Counted from the stretch's first letter, positions 40,018-52,033 are shown. The stretch: 64,000 nucleotides of DNA from Azolla caroliniana (GCA_043228905.1 JBHGNT010000003.1:5208001-5272000), one strand, 5' to 3'. Translations and numbers: made by a program. The notes: generated by a model not told the origin, from the sequence alone.

Positions 40018-40541
40018 TAAACATCCCGCGTACTCTTCTCTTCTTCGTGTCGTGTTTTCTTTCCCGCTTTCTGTGTATGATCCTACGCTCGGTTGTGGCC
40101 GAGCGTTGTGCAAAAGGAGCCTTGAGTTCTTGTCAAGATGTTCCTTCATCCCTAACCATATCAACCATTGAAACAATATCCTTCTCACCATCTTTCTTAT
40201 TTTCCGTTTGACATTATTTTCCGGGAACAGTTCACCATCATATTGGCATTTAGCCATAAAATGCTCCAATTTACCACATTTAAAACAATGTCCGGAAAAG
40301 TTTCCCATTGAAGCTTAAAACGAAATCGACCAAATCGAGATGTATCAATACTCAACCATCCTGGAAGTTTAAAACTTTTATCCCATAACATGCAAAATCT
40401 ACATTTTTTCAATGAATTAACATGAGGAGCAACCAAAACTTTACCAATTTGAGACATCAATCCTGGCAGTAAATCCCAAAAGAATGAGTTACTACAATCA
40501 ACTGTCACCCAAATGGTCAATGTTGTTTTAATAAATCTTTA

Positions 40542-43266
40542 TGTTGAGGATCAAGCTCAACATAGCACAACGTGTGAACACACCTTTTGAGAATCTATGA
40601 TTACTCAAAGGTCAAGAGTCAAACCACTACTCTCTACACATTAACTATGTGTCATAGAATCATATTCTATGACACATAACTAATGAGTTACATATTCCCC
40701 ATGACTATGAGTCTTCACATTCCCCGAGAGAGAGAGAGTGGTTGTTGTAAAGTTAATGAAGAGAGAGGGTGACTCTATATAAAGCACCGTCCTCATACTT
40801 CATATAAGGTCGGTTGTGACTCCTTATTATGCTACATTTTGTAATTCTTATTCTACTTGTGAAATATACACCTTCTTCTTGAGTATTCCTTTTCCTACCT
40901 ATCTTGTGTTCTCTCATCTCTCCTATAATTCCTCTCACACATACACATAACACACATCTCTTTCGCTACACAAGAATCATACCCGATTCTTTACATTGTA
41001 TCAGAGCGATTTGGTAGCTCGATCTAGCCCACTCGCCTCATCGTAATCGTGTGTTGTGCTCTACACCGATGTTCAAGAAGAACCGGCTCATCGCTATCAT
41101 AGTACCACTACATAGCTCGTGTTTGAGAGAGAAGGAAAAGAAGAAAGGAAGCTTAATCGACAATGAATACTCAAATGGGGAGCGCTCTACCTAGCGAGAA
41201 GTTGGACCGAAACAACTTCGCATCTTGGGAGTACAAGATGCACCAATACCTTGTCGGCCAAGGCTATTGGGGTTACATTAAGGGAGCACAAGAAAACTGA
41301 CCCAAGCCGGAAGACGCCAAGCCAACTATGCAACGTGGGAGCAAGCGGCAAGCCGAGTGATGTATTGCTTGGCGACAAGTGTTCACGACCACATGCTCGG
41401 CTACATTCGAGAAGCCGAGACGCTGAAGGAAGCGTGGGAGAATCTACGAAAGATTTTCGCCGCCAACACGACTACGAGAAAGCTTCAACTGCGCCAAGAG
41501 TTGAATAACATTCAACAACGGGACATGTCCATTACAAGCTACACCTTGAAGATCAAGGAGCTTTGCGACTCGCTCGGCTCGATAAGCGTCAATGTGGATG
41601 ATGATGAGATGGTGCAAATATGCCTCAGCGGCCTTGCACCACGATTTGGCGCGATGCGGACCACCATACTAGCACGGGAGAATCCGCCCTCCTTCTTCGA
41701 TCTTCAATCCATGTTGTTGGTTGAAGAGAATCATGTTCGAACAAGGAACAATGCCTTGAAAGGCCAAATGCTCTACACGCATTCGGACGGAGGAAGAGGA
41801 GGCGGCCGTGCAAGAAGAGGCCGATTCGGCCAAGGACGTGGTGAACGAGGTGGACAAGGCCCGATTTACGAAAACAACTCGCAATTTCAGCATCAAGACG
41901 GAACCCATCGAGGAATCTTCGGAAGAAGGGGGAGCTTCCATTCAGGTCCGAACCAACAAAGCTCGGTCGAATGCGGATATTGCAGAAAAATCGGTCACCA
42001 TGAAGAAGAATGTCGTAAGAAGATACGCGAGTCGGCTTCCACTAACCGACAACTCACCAATTACGCCATCAACTCCGACTATGGTGATCGCGGCGGAATG
42101 TTCGTGATGAGACATAGAGCGAATTCTATGTCGGCCTCTACTTCTACTAGTGCCTCCGGTCCGGAAGACGTATGGTTCGTCGATTCCGGTGCCTCGAAGC
42201 ATATGACGTCGCATCAAGAATGGTTCCGAGAACTTCGAGAGCCGGACCGACCCGGCTATGTCAAAACCGGAGACGACACTACGCACCTGATTCAGCACAT
42301 CGGCAATGTTACGTTCGGAGAAGAAGGTAAGCAAACTTATATTAAAAATGTCTTGCATGTACCAACTATCACGAAGGATTTGGTCTCCGTCGGCCAAATT
42401 GTTGAGCAAGGAATGCAAGTACGATTTAATCAAGGTGGTTGCTTCATCGAAAAAGAGGGCCGACTCATCGCTCGCGGACGAAGGGAGGGCCGAATGTTCA
42501 TTCTCAACTCACACGAGATGAAATCGGCCATGTTCGCGAAGGGCATGAAAGCCAATTCCGACATAGAGTTATGGCACAAGCAGATTGGCCATATAAATCT
42601 CCAAAAGCTTGGCTAGTGGCAAAGGGCTACGCGCAGAAACACGGCATCGACTACGATGAGACGTTTGCGCCGGTCGCGAAAATGACGAACGTCCGTGTTT
42701 TGCTCGTAGTTGCTGCGGTGAAGGGGTGGCACTTACATCAAATGGATGTAAAGAATGCGTTCCTGCAAGGTGACCTTGAGGAACAGGTGTACATGGTACA
42801 GCCCCCCGGATTTCACTCCGGAACAAACTCCTCGGCAGTATGCCGACTGAAGAAGTCCCTTTACGGACTGAAGCAAGCCCCGCGTGCCTGGAACGCGAAG
42901 ATCACGCAACAACTGCGTCGGATGGGCTTCGTCACGTCAAAATCGGACTCTTCCCTGTTCATCCGAAAAGGTCGACTCGGACCGGTTAGTATTCTACTAT
43001 GTGTTGATGACTTGGTCATCACCGACGCCGACCTAGGTGAAATCGACCGCGTGAAGATCCAGCTTGTGGCATCGTTCGACATGAAGGATCTGGGGGATCT
43101 TCATTACTTCCTCGGGATCGAAGTGATCCATACCCCCGAAGGCATATTGATAAGCCAACGCCATTATGTGCTGAGTATGCTCTTCAAATTCGGGATGGCC
43201 GGCTGTAAGTCCGTCTCGACTCCTCTGGACAGAACCGTCAAGCTTCGTCCCGATACGGGAAAGGTA
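40542..43266 (+). mobile_element. Truncated Ty1/copia element: 5' LTR 40542-40995, gag-protease fused to RT, integrase deleted
   Basis: PBS ttgtatcagagc 40996-41007; gag ATG 41163 MNTQMGSALPSEKLDRNNF; CGYCRKIGHHEEEC; WFVDSGASKHM; ELWHKQIGHINLQKL joined directly to LVAKGYAQ at ~42610; QMDVKNAFL, CVDDL. Confidence 0.9.
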
Positions 43267-43865
43267 TAGCTCCAGTAACCGTGCCCGAGCAGGTACTGGT
43301 GCATCTTGTAGGACCAAGACACGTAGTTGTTTTTGTTGAGCTTCCCAGTAGGAAGCGAGCTAGCCATGCCTCTATCCATTTTGTTTTTCCTGTTCTTCTT
43401 GGTTAGTTTTCTTTTCAAGCTATGTCGGTTGCAGAGGTTCTCAACCCTCGCGCTCTGATACCATGAAAAAGATTATGTGCGGAAGCAATAGAAAACTGAA
43501 CACAGAAAATACGCAGGTTTAATGGAGAGCTTGAATATACATAGAACGTGGGAGATACAGAGAGAGAGAACACACAAAAAACTCCATTCAAAATAATACT
43601 CAATCTGTATATACACCGTGCTCAATGAGCACCTTTTATACAAGCCATGAAAATAGGGTTGACACAAGTATTGACAGTACTTGACCACTCATAAATGATC
43701 CTACTACACTAACTCCCAAAATTATTCCTTACGAGGAATATCTTCCCAACGGCCTCGCGGTTTTCACACCGATACGGCCATGTTATGCGTACCGATTTAC
43801 GCACCCAGTCTACGCACTGGGTTACGCATCATATTACGCACGAATGTTGAGCTTGTCTCTCAACA
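43266..43865 (-). mobile_element. 5' stub of another copia element (LTR 43865-43464, PBS, start of gag)
   Basis: PBS TGGTATCAGAGC 43463-43452; MASSLPTGKLNKNNYVSWSYKMHQYLLGHGYWSY; LTR matches solo LTR 13503-13955. Confidence 0.88.
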
Positions 43866-45210
43866 GTTTTCATCCTTCGGCTACTCCCTTTGAGTGTTGT
43901 TTGGCTGGCTTCCCCTAAACCCTCTGCTCCGAAGATAGCTCTTCGTCACTAATATTGATCGCCGCAATTCTTTTGGCTGCCTCTTGCCGTCGCCGTTCTC
44001 GTTCATACCGCTCAAACTAGAGTTTGGTACCCATTTGGTCATCATCCAGCTGTTCAACCAACCGCCTCACCGCTACCAATAGTTCCCCGACTAACTATAG
44101 GAAGTCATCCGACAATTCCTCCCTTATGGCTACAATGTTCTCCACGTCCAGTTTATAGAAATCGTCTCCCTCCTTCCTTTGGTTCTCCGCATCCGCTCTC
44201 AGCAATTGTAACTCTGCTGCCTACTTAGCCCATTTAGACCACCATTGAACCGAGCTTTCTTCCACCAGCCTCTTCGTCCGATTTCTCCATGTCAGCACCA
44301 GATCACGGATTCGTCCCAGCCCCAACTTCGACTTATTCTCCGCGGCTTGTTTTTCTTCTTTCAATTGTTTGATAAGGCGCGCAGTTGTCGCTTCTTGGCT
44401 TTTGTAGTGCATGAGTTGTATTTGATAGGTAGTCTGAACTTCGTTCAGAGCCATTGTAGCGCGTTCCGTTTCCTCATGGTGCTCCAATTGGAGTTCCATT
44501 CTCTCTTTCGCTCCTTCCGCCAGTCTTTTAGCTGCTTCAGCCCCCTTTGACTGCTCCTTCGCTAGTGCCGCCACTATCCGTTTAACCTCATCCTGGAGTT
44601 CCCATAACTTCTCCTGCTGCCAGTCACTTTTGGTGATCAATTTCTTGTGTTCCGCATCCAAGTGTTTGTAATCCTGGTGCAACCGATTGAAGTCATCCTC
44701 CCGGTCCTTTCATTGCCGAAGCTCTTCTTTGAATCGCTCAATCTCCACTTCCGCCGAGCGCCGGAGTTTGTCCTTTTCCTGCAAGAGCTTTTCTTTTTCT
44801 TCCTTCAGTCGGTCATATGCTTGATGACCTTTTTGTAGGCTTTCTTTGGCTTGCCGGAGGCTTTTGGTGGTTTTCTTTTGTTCCTCCGCCGCCGCCTTCT
44901 TCAATTCTCGTTCTCTAGCCCTTAAGGCCTCTTGGGTTGCTAAATCTTCTTTCACTGTAGTGAGTTCTTGTTCATGTGCCTTATTCGTATCTGGGATTGT
45001 TTCAGTCACCAGCGTCGTATTATTCTGAACGCTCACCGGTGCCACTGGTTCTGGTTGTTCTAGATGACCCGCTTGGCCACCTCCTCTCTGGCATTTTCCA
45101 TTTCTTGTTCCATGCTCTAGATTCTCGATCGGGCCTTCTCTAGTTCTTCGGTTGTGAGAGAGCAACCGGTCCATGTGTGCTCTCTCTTCCGCTTCTCTGT
45201 GGCACACCAC
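43866..45210 (-). pseudogene. Orphan long coiled-coil pseudo-ORF (~450 codons, 4 in-frame stops)
   Basis: ORFs 44710-45210 and 44221-44682 are in one frame that continues to the LTR edge; E/K/R/L/A-rich heptads; stops at 44712, 44223, 44097, 44019. Confidence 0.6.
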
Positions 45211-45364
45211 CCCGGCCTCTTGTTCTCCTATCCACCATAGTCATTGGCTGCCGGTGCTTTGTTGCTGTGCCGGTTCTGGTCGTGGTGTGGCTTCCGCGCT
45301 TGTCGGAAGCCTGTTTTGGGTGGTTAGCGGCATCTTCGGATTTTGTTGTTGCTGGTGCGCTGAC

Positions 45365-45560
45365 GATTTTATGTTGCAAGTATGTCATATGTTAATTTAT
45401 GTTTTAAGTTTTATGTTTCAAGTATGTTATATGTTGATTTATGTTTTAAGTTTTATGTTTCAAGTATGTTATATGTCGATTTATGTTTTAAGTTTTATCT
45501 TTCAAGTATGTTATATGTTGATTTATGTTTTATGTTTTATGTTTCACGTATGTCATAGTT
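45365..45560. repeat. 42-bp tandem repeat, about 4.5 copies
   Basis: Unit tttatgtttcaagtatgttatatgttgatttatgttttaagt. Confidence 0.92.
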
Positions 45561-46429
45561 AAATTTGTATTCATTTGCATGTAACAACCGAGTACAATAT
45601 TGACTAGATCGATGAAATATGAAAAGAAGAAAGCATTTTGGGGTTTAATAACATATTCCACTAAGTGAAATAAGGTAGAATTGTTTCCATTACTTTCCTA
45701 AACCCCAAACCCTAATGTAGAATGGTTACCATTACTTTCCTTTAGTCTAATGAATTATTGTTTTTTTGAAACATCATTTGAACCTTATATATAATGGTGG
45801 TTTGATTTGAAACATATTTCATTATTATAGTAAGTTGGTTTTGCATTTGTATTTTTGTTGCAAACTACATAATCTAAGGAAAAGGTGCACTAGAGAGAAA
45901 TGTTGTATTGCTAATAATATACATGCAAGTATGGAATTTCTAAACCAAATGTCAAAACCCTAAAAAAGGAAGAAGTTGAAAAAGAAGAAAACCTAAATGA
46001 TATCAAAATTGACCAATAAGCAAGCAAAATAAACCCTACTCTTAATAAGAGAGGAAAAGAGATTTGAACCTTGCACCTATTAACCAAAAAAATGCCTCTA
46101 ACCACTAAACCATTACATTATAATAAATTTATAATTAAATTACTTCATTTATTGTTCCAAAATAGATGGGTGGTTAGGTGACCAAGGACCGAGAGTTAGG
46201 TGGTCGCTTTGACAGCTTTATTTTTCGTGCGTTCTTTCTTATCCAAATCAGCACGCGCTATCAACTGAGCGACCTGCACCGTCTGGGGCCGCGATTCCCT
46301 CGCCAGCCCTCCTTATGATTTGATGCAGAATAGACATGACCCGTACCTACATATACATACAAAGACATATATATATGTACATACATTCATATATAAATGG
46401 AGGTGTGGGTAAAACTTAACTGATGTAGG

Positions 46430-48330
46430 CGTGTCTACTTCTTTTTGCATCACTACTGGCAAGGACAAAGAATGTCGATAAACAACACTGCAGTCTGCAA
46501 GAGACTTGCGGATGTATGCAGAGGAAGGTCGTGGCCAAGAGATTGTTAATCTCCTTCGGGAATTCTTGAACTCTATTTTCGACACCTTAATCACGATATT
46601 CGATGAGAGGAGAGCTTCCTCTCCATGTGGCTGTGAGGAATGGCCATGGTCTGGGTGTATTGGATCACATATGCACAACAAGAAATGGGGAGGACCTCAT
46701 CCATGTGAGAACTAAGGGGGGCTACTCTCCCTTGCATTTAGCTGCTCTCCATGGGAACATCGAAGCATTGGAGTGGCTTGTCAGCAAGCATCCTCCCAGA
46801 TGAGGTGAGCTACAACAGACCCTTGCACCTCGCTGTTCTTCATGGTCACAAAGAGGTCGCCGCCCGACTTGTCGAAGCAGGAGCCTCGCTTACCCTCCAA
46901 AATGGTAAGAACATGGTTCCTCTGGGGTTTTTCAAAGATCCAGAGATGTTCCAGGCCCTTTTCTCACGCATTGACAATAGCAGAATCGAGAAGGGGATGA
47001 AGTATTACAGGGAAAAGTTGTACCCCTGCAAAACCATTCTGCATTATGCCGCTCTTCATTGCACAGATGAAGCTTTGATCGAAAAGCTTTACTTAGCTGC
47101 AGCCGGTATTCAGCCAAAACATCTACAAGGTCATCCGTCAAGTAAGGAAGTGCTAGAGCATGTTGATGAAGAAGGGAACCCATTCTTGCACAAGGCCGGA
47201 AAGCATATGTTGAAGGTGATCTTCAAGGGGCTGATTGGGAAGGAGCGAGACTTCACAAAGCTGTTGGTCATGAATTGTGGACTATACCATGCTTTCATGG
47301 GCAACGGACAGCTATATGATGAACTAGCATCTGATGGGACGACTTCCCAATTCAGATTGGAATCTATGCAAGGGGAGCTCCTGTTTAGGCTCAAGCAATG
47401 GAGACAGGAGGTAGGCGGTGAGGCAAAGCAAATCCTGAAGAAATCATGGACGAATTCTCTCCTTGCATATCTTGCTATTTACCTTGGTAAGCACGAGGTC
47501 TTGAACTTCATACTGGATTCAAGATTGGAGTTCACTTTGAATCAACCGGATGCAGTGGAGAAGAGGTTGTGCCTGCATTGGGCGGTGTTACACAATCGAG
47601 TGGAAGAAGCACAAGCAAGAGATGGTGGAGTGTCGGATGAGGTTCAAGAAACCAAGCCCAAGCGTAGTGGATGGTGCAGGGATGACAGCATTCCAAATTG
47701 CATTTAACCAGAAGAATCAGGTGATGATGCGGACCCTGAGGAGGCAGAAGGTATTCATTGAGGCAGAAGGAATTCAATGAATACGAAGACAAATTGCTGA
47801 AGGACAGGGAAGTGTATGTGCAATCGGTGAATGCAATCCTGGTGGGTTCGGCATTGATAGCAAGTATCACATTCGCCGGCTGGTTGCAAGTGCCATCGCA
47901 TGTGTTCGGCAGCAGGGCAATGATCACCTTCTGGATCACCAACAGCTTGTCATTCGTCTTCGCAGTTGCGGCCATGGGTTTAAGCATCGGGATCCTGCTA
48001 CTCACGCCCACAAGCTACATCGGCCAAGTAGTGTTTGAGCTTCAAAGGGGTATCATGTACATTGCATTTCTCCTCATGTTCTCGTTGGCAGGAGCCACAG
48101 TAGCCTTTATAACAGCAGGTTTCGCTGCATTTGGGAATCAAGCTCCCCAACCAGAGTACAACATAGCGATGGGAACCGCTACAGGTCTTGGCGGCTTTGT
48201 TTGTGTGCTCATTCTAACATATTACATGCGCCAAGTGAAACTTCACAGTTCCGCATATCGACAACAAAGGATCACTTCCCATAGCAATGAAGAGCATGAG
48301 CGTCCACGAGAAACAATAGACTTAGAGTAA
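46430..48330 (+). pseudogene. Ankyrin-repeat + PGG-type transmembrane protein (ACD6/ITN1-like architecture), multiply frameshifted
   Basis: Ankyrin motifs GELPLHVAVRNGH, GYSPLHLAALHGN, RPLHLAVLHGH, TILHYAA, CLHWAVLHNR, GMTAFQIA; C-terminal LIASITFAGWLQVP plus about 4 hydrophobic helices; frameshifts near 46605, 46795, 47600, and a 19-bp tandem duplication at 47741-47778. Start approximate. Confidence 0.85.
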
Positions 48331-49357
48331 AGGTTTCTTCTAAGGAACTAACACAAGCAAGTGGTACATTGATGGCCAGTTTCACCCCACTTGAAAACCA
48401 AATGTTTAAGTTCTTTTTAAATGTACTCAATAGTTATAGTAGAAATGTTAAATTCTTGGAAGTCCATACGAGAGAGAGAGAGAGAGAGCGCTCAATTAGT
48501 AAGGTTGCCCAATGAGGACCAGGAGTAAAACTTCTACATTCCATAGTGGCACCTAATGAATTAAGAAAGATATATGTATGAAGTATACAAAATAGAAAAG
48601 TGAGAAAATTAGGTTTTGAACCTAAAATTCAATGCTTGTAGTGTAACTACTTACCACTAAGGTAAGCTGAGGATATAGATATTTGTATAGCATACTTTTT
48701 CCATTTTATGATAAGCAGTGGAGGTCAAATGGGACCAAAACGAAAGCATTTAATTTGTAATTGTTGAATGGTCAAGACCTTAACCGATAAACATCATAAT
48801 TGAAAGCATTGGAAAGTAATGGATGAATGATGCGAACCAGATTGACAAATATGTAGAAAGCAAGCTCGAAATGGTAGTTTGCAGCAAAATGTACTAGAGA
48901 GAAAGAGAAAGAGAAATATAAATATAATACAATTATTAACGGGACTTGCACAAATAATGGGTCATCCCACTATTTATATATTCTAGTTAAGATGTCTCAT
49001 TCTTTAATTATTTGGAAGCTACTATCACCTTTAGAATATTGGTGCTTCTCATACCAACCTAATTAGAAACCAAGGGCAAATTTTATAATTAAATGCAACT
49101 TAATTCCGTGAAGTATTAGGTGCGCCAAGTGAAACTTCATAGTTCCGTGTATCGACAACAAAGGATCACATCACATAGCAATGAAGAGCGTGTGGCTCGA
49201 CGAGAAACAATAGACATAGCATGAACTAACACATGCAAGTGGTACATTATGGCCAATTTTCCCATTTCCCCCCCCACTTGAAAACAATATGTTTAAGTTC
49301 TTTTTAAATGTACTCTGTAGTTATAGAAGTGTTAAATTCTTGAATGAATGACTGAAC

Positions 49358-49400
<43 letters not shown>

Positions 49401-49848
49401 GATGTAGGCAAAACGAACAGGATATCTATGCAATGAGGTTTTTTCCCTTTGTATGCTAAAAAGTGGAGGTCAAGTGGGACCAAAACGAAACCATTTAATT
49501 TGTAATTGTTGAATGTTCAAGGCCTTTATTGATAAACGTTGCAATTGAAAGTATCGTGAAAGTAATGAGTGAAAGGAGTGAACCAGATTGACAAATATAT
49601 AGAAAGCAAGCTCAAATGGAGTGCATTGCAGCAAAGTGTACTAGAGAAAGAAAAAGAGAGATATAAATATAATACAATTATTAAGAGGACTTGCACAAAT
49701 AATGGTCATTCCACTATCTATATATTCTGGGTAAGTTGTCTCATTCTTTAATCACTTGGTAGCTACTATCATCTTCTGAATAAGGGGTGCTCTCATACCA
49801 GTTTAATTAGAAGCCAAGGGCGAATTTTATTATTAATTGTAAACTAAA
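48227..49848 (+). repeat. Tandem duplication of the ankyrin gene 3' end and downstream flank (48227-49101 / 49121-49848)
   Basis: tgcgccaagtgaaacttca...cgacaacaaaggatcac at 48227 and 49121; colinear through gggaccaaaacgaaa and ggacttgcacaaataatgg; (AG)n tract in both. Confidence 0.88.
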
Positions 49849-50258
49849 TGGCAATGGAAGGGCACAATAGAAAGGCCAATTGTGATGATGAATGCCTCTT
49901 GGTCTTCATACAATTAAGAAACAATCTCAACTATGAAAGCCAAATTTGCTATCTCTTTCAGTGAAAGTAAACTAGATGAAATACACATGAAAAACACTAC
50001 AATGTTGGTACATGGATAGTGGGACACCAACTTTGTGCATAAATATAATGAACCATTAAAGCATTGTGCTTACATAACCAATTATGACAGAACCCCAATA
50101 TAATAAAAAGAGGAAAGCCATCTCTTATTTCAGGTCCAGGTATGAAAATTGCACAAATTCTTCATCTTTGTATCAAGTTGCAAAACACTCGGCAGTGTAA
50201 TCAATGTAAATAAACAATTGAATCACTGATTTAAATTCCATACCCTCGGCAGATCCAT

Positions 50259-51870
50259 ATGTACGAGAATGCTCCATCTCTTCATCATCATCAGAAGCTT
50301 CAGCCACCTCACTGCCTCATCCAAACGTATTGGTAGCTCTCGGACGCCGCTCTCAACTCCCCCGGTGCGTAGCAGTGATAATCATCATCATCGTCATCGG
50401 CTCTGTCATCTGATCGAGGTGGCTGATATTGAGAACCTGTTCCTCATCGATAGGAAGAATGAACATCACGGCATAATAGGATATTCTTCATACAGTGATG
50501 GATGCATCAGGGAAGAGCGAGCTTGGGGGAGCAGAGACATCATGCTCAATTTAGGAGGCACCACTGCAGAACAACGGATGGCGTACCTCAGGGATGCCGC
50601 CCATTTCAGCGCGGGAGCAGTCCATCTCCTATTTAAACAAAATTCCATCACCTAAGATGAATAGAAGGCTGGAGGCCCTATCTCTATGGCTGCAGATCAT
50701 GATGTGGTCCCCAGGAACCTGCTCATCCAGGGATCAATGACAGGAAGGCCCCTATTCCATACTTATGCTCTTCTCAGTGCCCTCAAGAAAACCAATGGAG
50801 TCGAGCATCTTCTTGCAGCAGAGGGACATAGACGATGAGTGCATCCAGGTGTTACGTGACTTCACCTCCCTCTCCAGCCTCCATCTTCAATGTATGACAA
50901 TCTCCTAGGCTTTATGAGAGGATTGGCAGGCCTCCGTCCTGTTCCGAAACTTAGTAGCACTTAAACACTTCTATAAAACAGAAAATATGTTGTGCAAGAT
51001 TTAAAAAGAAAACAAGAAAGCTACACAACAAATCAATACACAATACACCACAAATTTTAAATGTGGAAAACCCTCAAAGAGGTAAAAACCATGGGACCTA
51101 GTCAAGAACTAATTCATTATCAATAAAAATCTGATACACCAAAGTTCTACACTATGAGCAATCGAGGAATATGATGTTTCCTCAAAAATAAAAACTCAAC
51201 AAAAAAGGAACGCAAAAACCACCAAAACTCACAGCACGTGGCTGATGATGGAGGCAGCGATGTCCGGATGTCTAGGTGTGTTGGTGTACTTCAAAAAGAT
51301 TGAAGGAATTTAAGAAAGGGAGTATGGGCTCTTTGCAATATGTTTTTCTCTGTTGCATTAGAGAAGTGCTTGTTTTTCCCTTTTAACACACTAAAAAAAG
51401 AATGAGTTACATAGTGTAGATATGTAACGTCTTCTTGTGTGAACCCCTTTCACACTATTTTAAAAACTACAAGCTTTGGGCGTCCAAGGCCCATTTTATT
51501 TACTTATTAATGTGGACAGAAAAACCTAACACGTCCTCCAAATTCACCCCTAGTAGCCTCTCTGCAGAGATTACATATATCTATCATATTCAGTACCTGG
51601 AGTAGAACCATTGGTTTCCTGCATCACTGGCCACAACTCAAAGAGCTCTCTCTGCACAGTTTTATCGGCATGAAAGAGGAGAAGCTCCTAGATTTCATGG
51701 ATCACCTAGCACCGTTAAAGGCGGAGGAGACAACTCCCAACATCCTTGCATCACCTCCTCGGTTAGACAACCTTGAGTTAACAGCCTACTGGAATTTCTC
51801 ATACTTAAGCCGATCCACTAATGTTGCATTGGTGGATGCGCTTTCTTGGTCCGACCTTCCGTTCTTTCAC
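50259..51870 (+). pseudogene. TORNADO1-like ROCO paralog (copy 3), N-terminal/LRR exon only, interrupted by a solo LTR
   Basis: MYENAPSLHHHQKLQPPHCLIQTYW*; LIEVADIENLFL...AWGSRDIML...QRMAYLRDAA matches LINLANVENLFL...EWGGRDMMF...QRMAILTAAA; GFLHHWPQLKELSLHSFIGMKEEKLLDFMDHLAPLK matches GFLRHWTNLKELSLHNPIGMTEEELMDFIDHLAPLK. Confidence 0.85.
50940..51531 (-). mobile_element. Solo LTR inserted in ROCO copy 3
   Basis: tgtt...aaca termini, perfect TSD CGTCC/CGTCC; ENE-like motif on the minus strand at 51063-51092. Confidence 0.9.
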
Positions 51871-51884
51871 CTGCTAGGCCGTTG

Positions 51885-52001
51885 TATACTGTGTTATGTA
51901 GATAGTCCCTCCTTTCCGGGGCCGACTCGAGAGTTGGTTGGCCGAAATGGTATTTCGGTCGAATGGGAGTCGGCCTAATAGAACTTCGGACAAACATATA
52001 C

Positions 52002-52033
<32 letters not shown>

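Larger units (their letters stand above)
34651..40135 (+). mobile_element. Full-length decayed Ty1/copia LTR retrotransposon, copy 2 (sister of 19454-24983)
   Basis: 5' LTR 34651-35410, 3' LTR 39381-40135, TSD AGATG/AGATG, PBS tggtatcagagc 35413-35424, PPT tgaagggggagtt 39368-39380, TATA-like tataaata 35033-35040. Confidence 0.97.
30437..40541 (-). mobile_element. L1-clade LINE (ORF1 remnant + ORF2), split by the copia insertion at 34651-40135
   Basis: ORF1 knuckle CFKCGKLEHFMAKC (~40250-40290); ORF2 EN MKVVSWNVRG, MGDFN, SRLDR, SDHFPI; RT PGWDG, DLEKAYD, RQGCPLSP; zf-RVT CFFC...HRFIKC. Confidence 0.9.

Noticed and set aside
19454-40135. Two inverted sister copia elements as the arms of one composite element
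   Set aside because: Each has its own perfect TSD (CCATG, AGATG), so they are independent insertions.
45173-45562. Hydrophobic 129-aa ORF with YMLIYVLSFMFQVC repeats
   Set aside because: Translation of the 42-bp tandem array; no evidence of coding.
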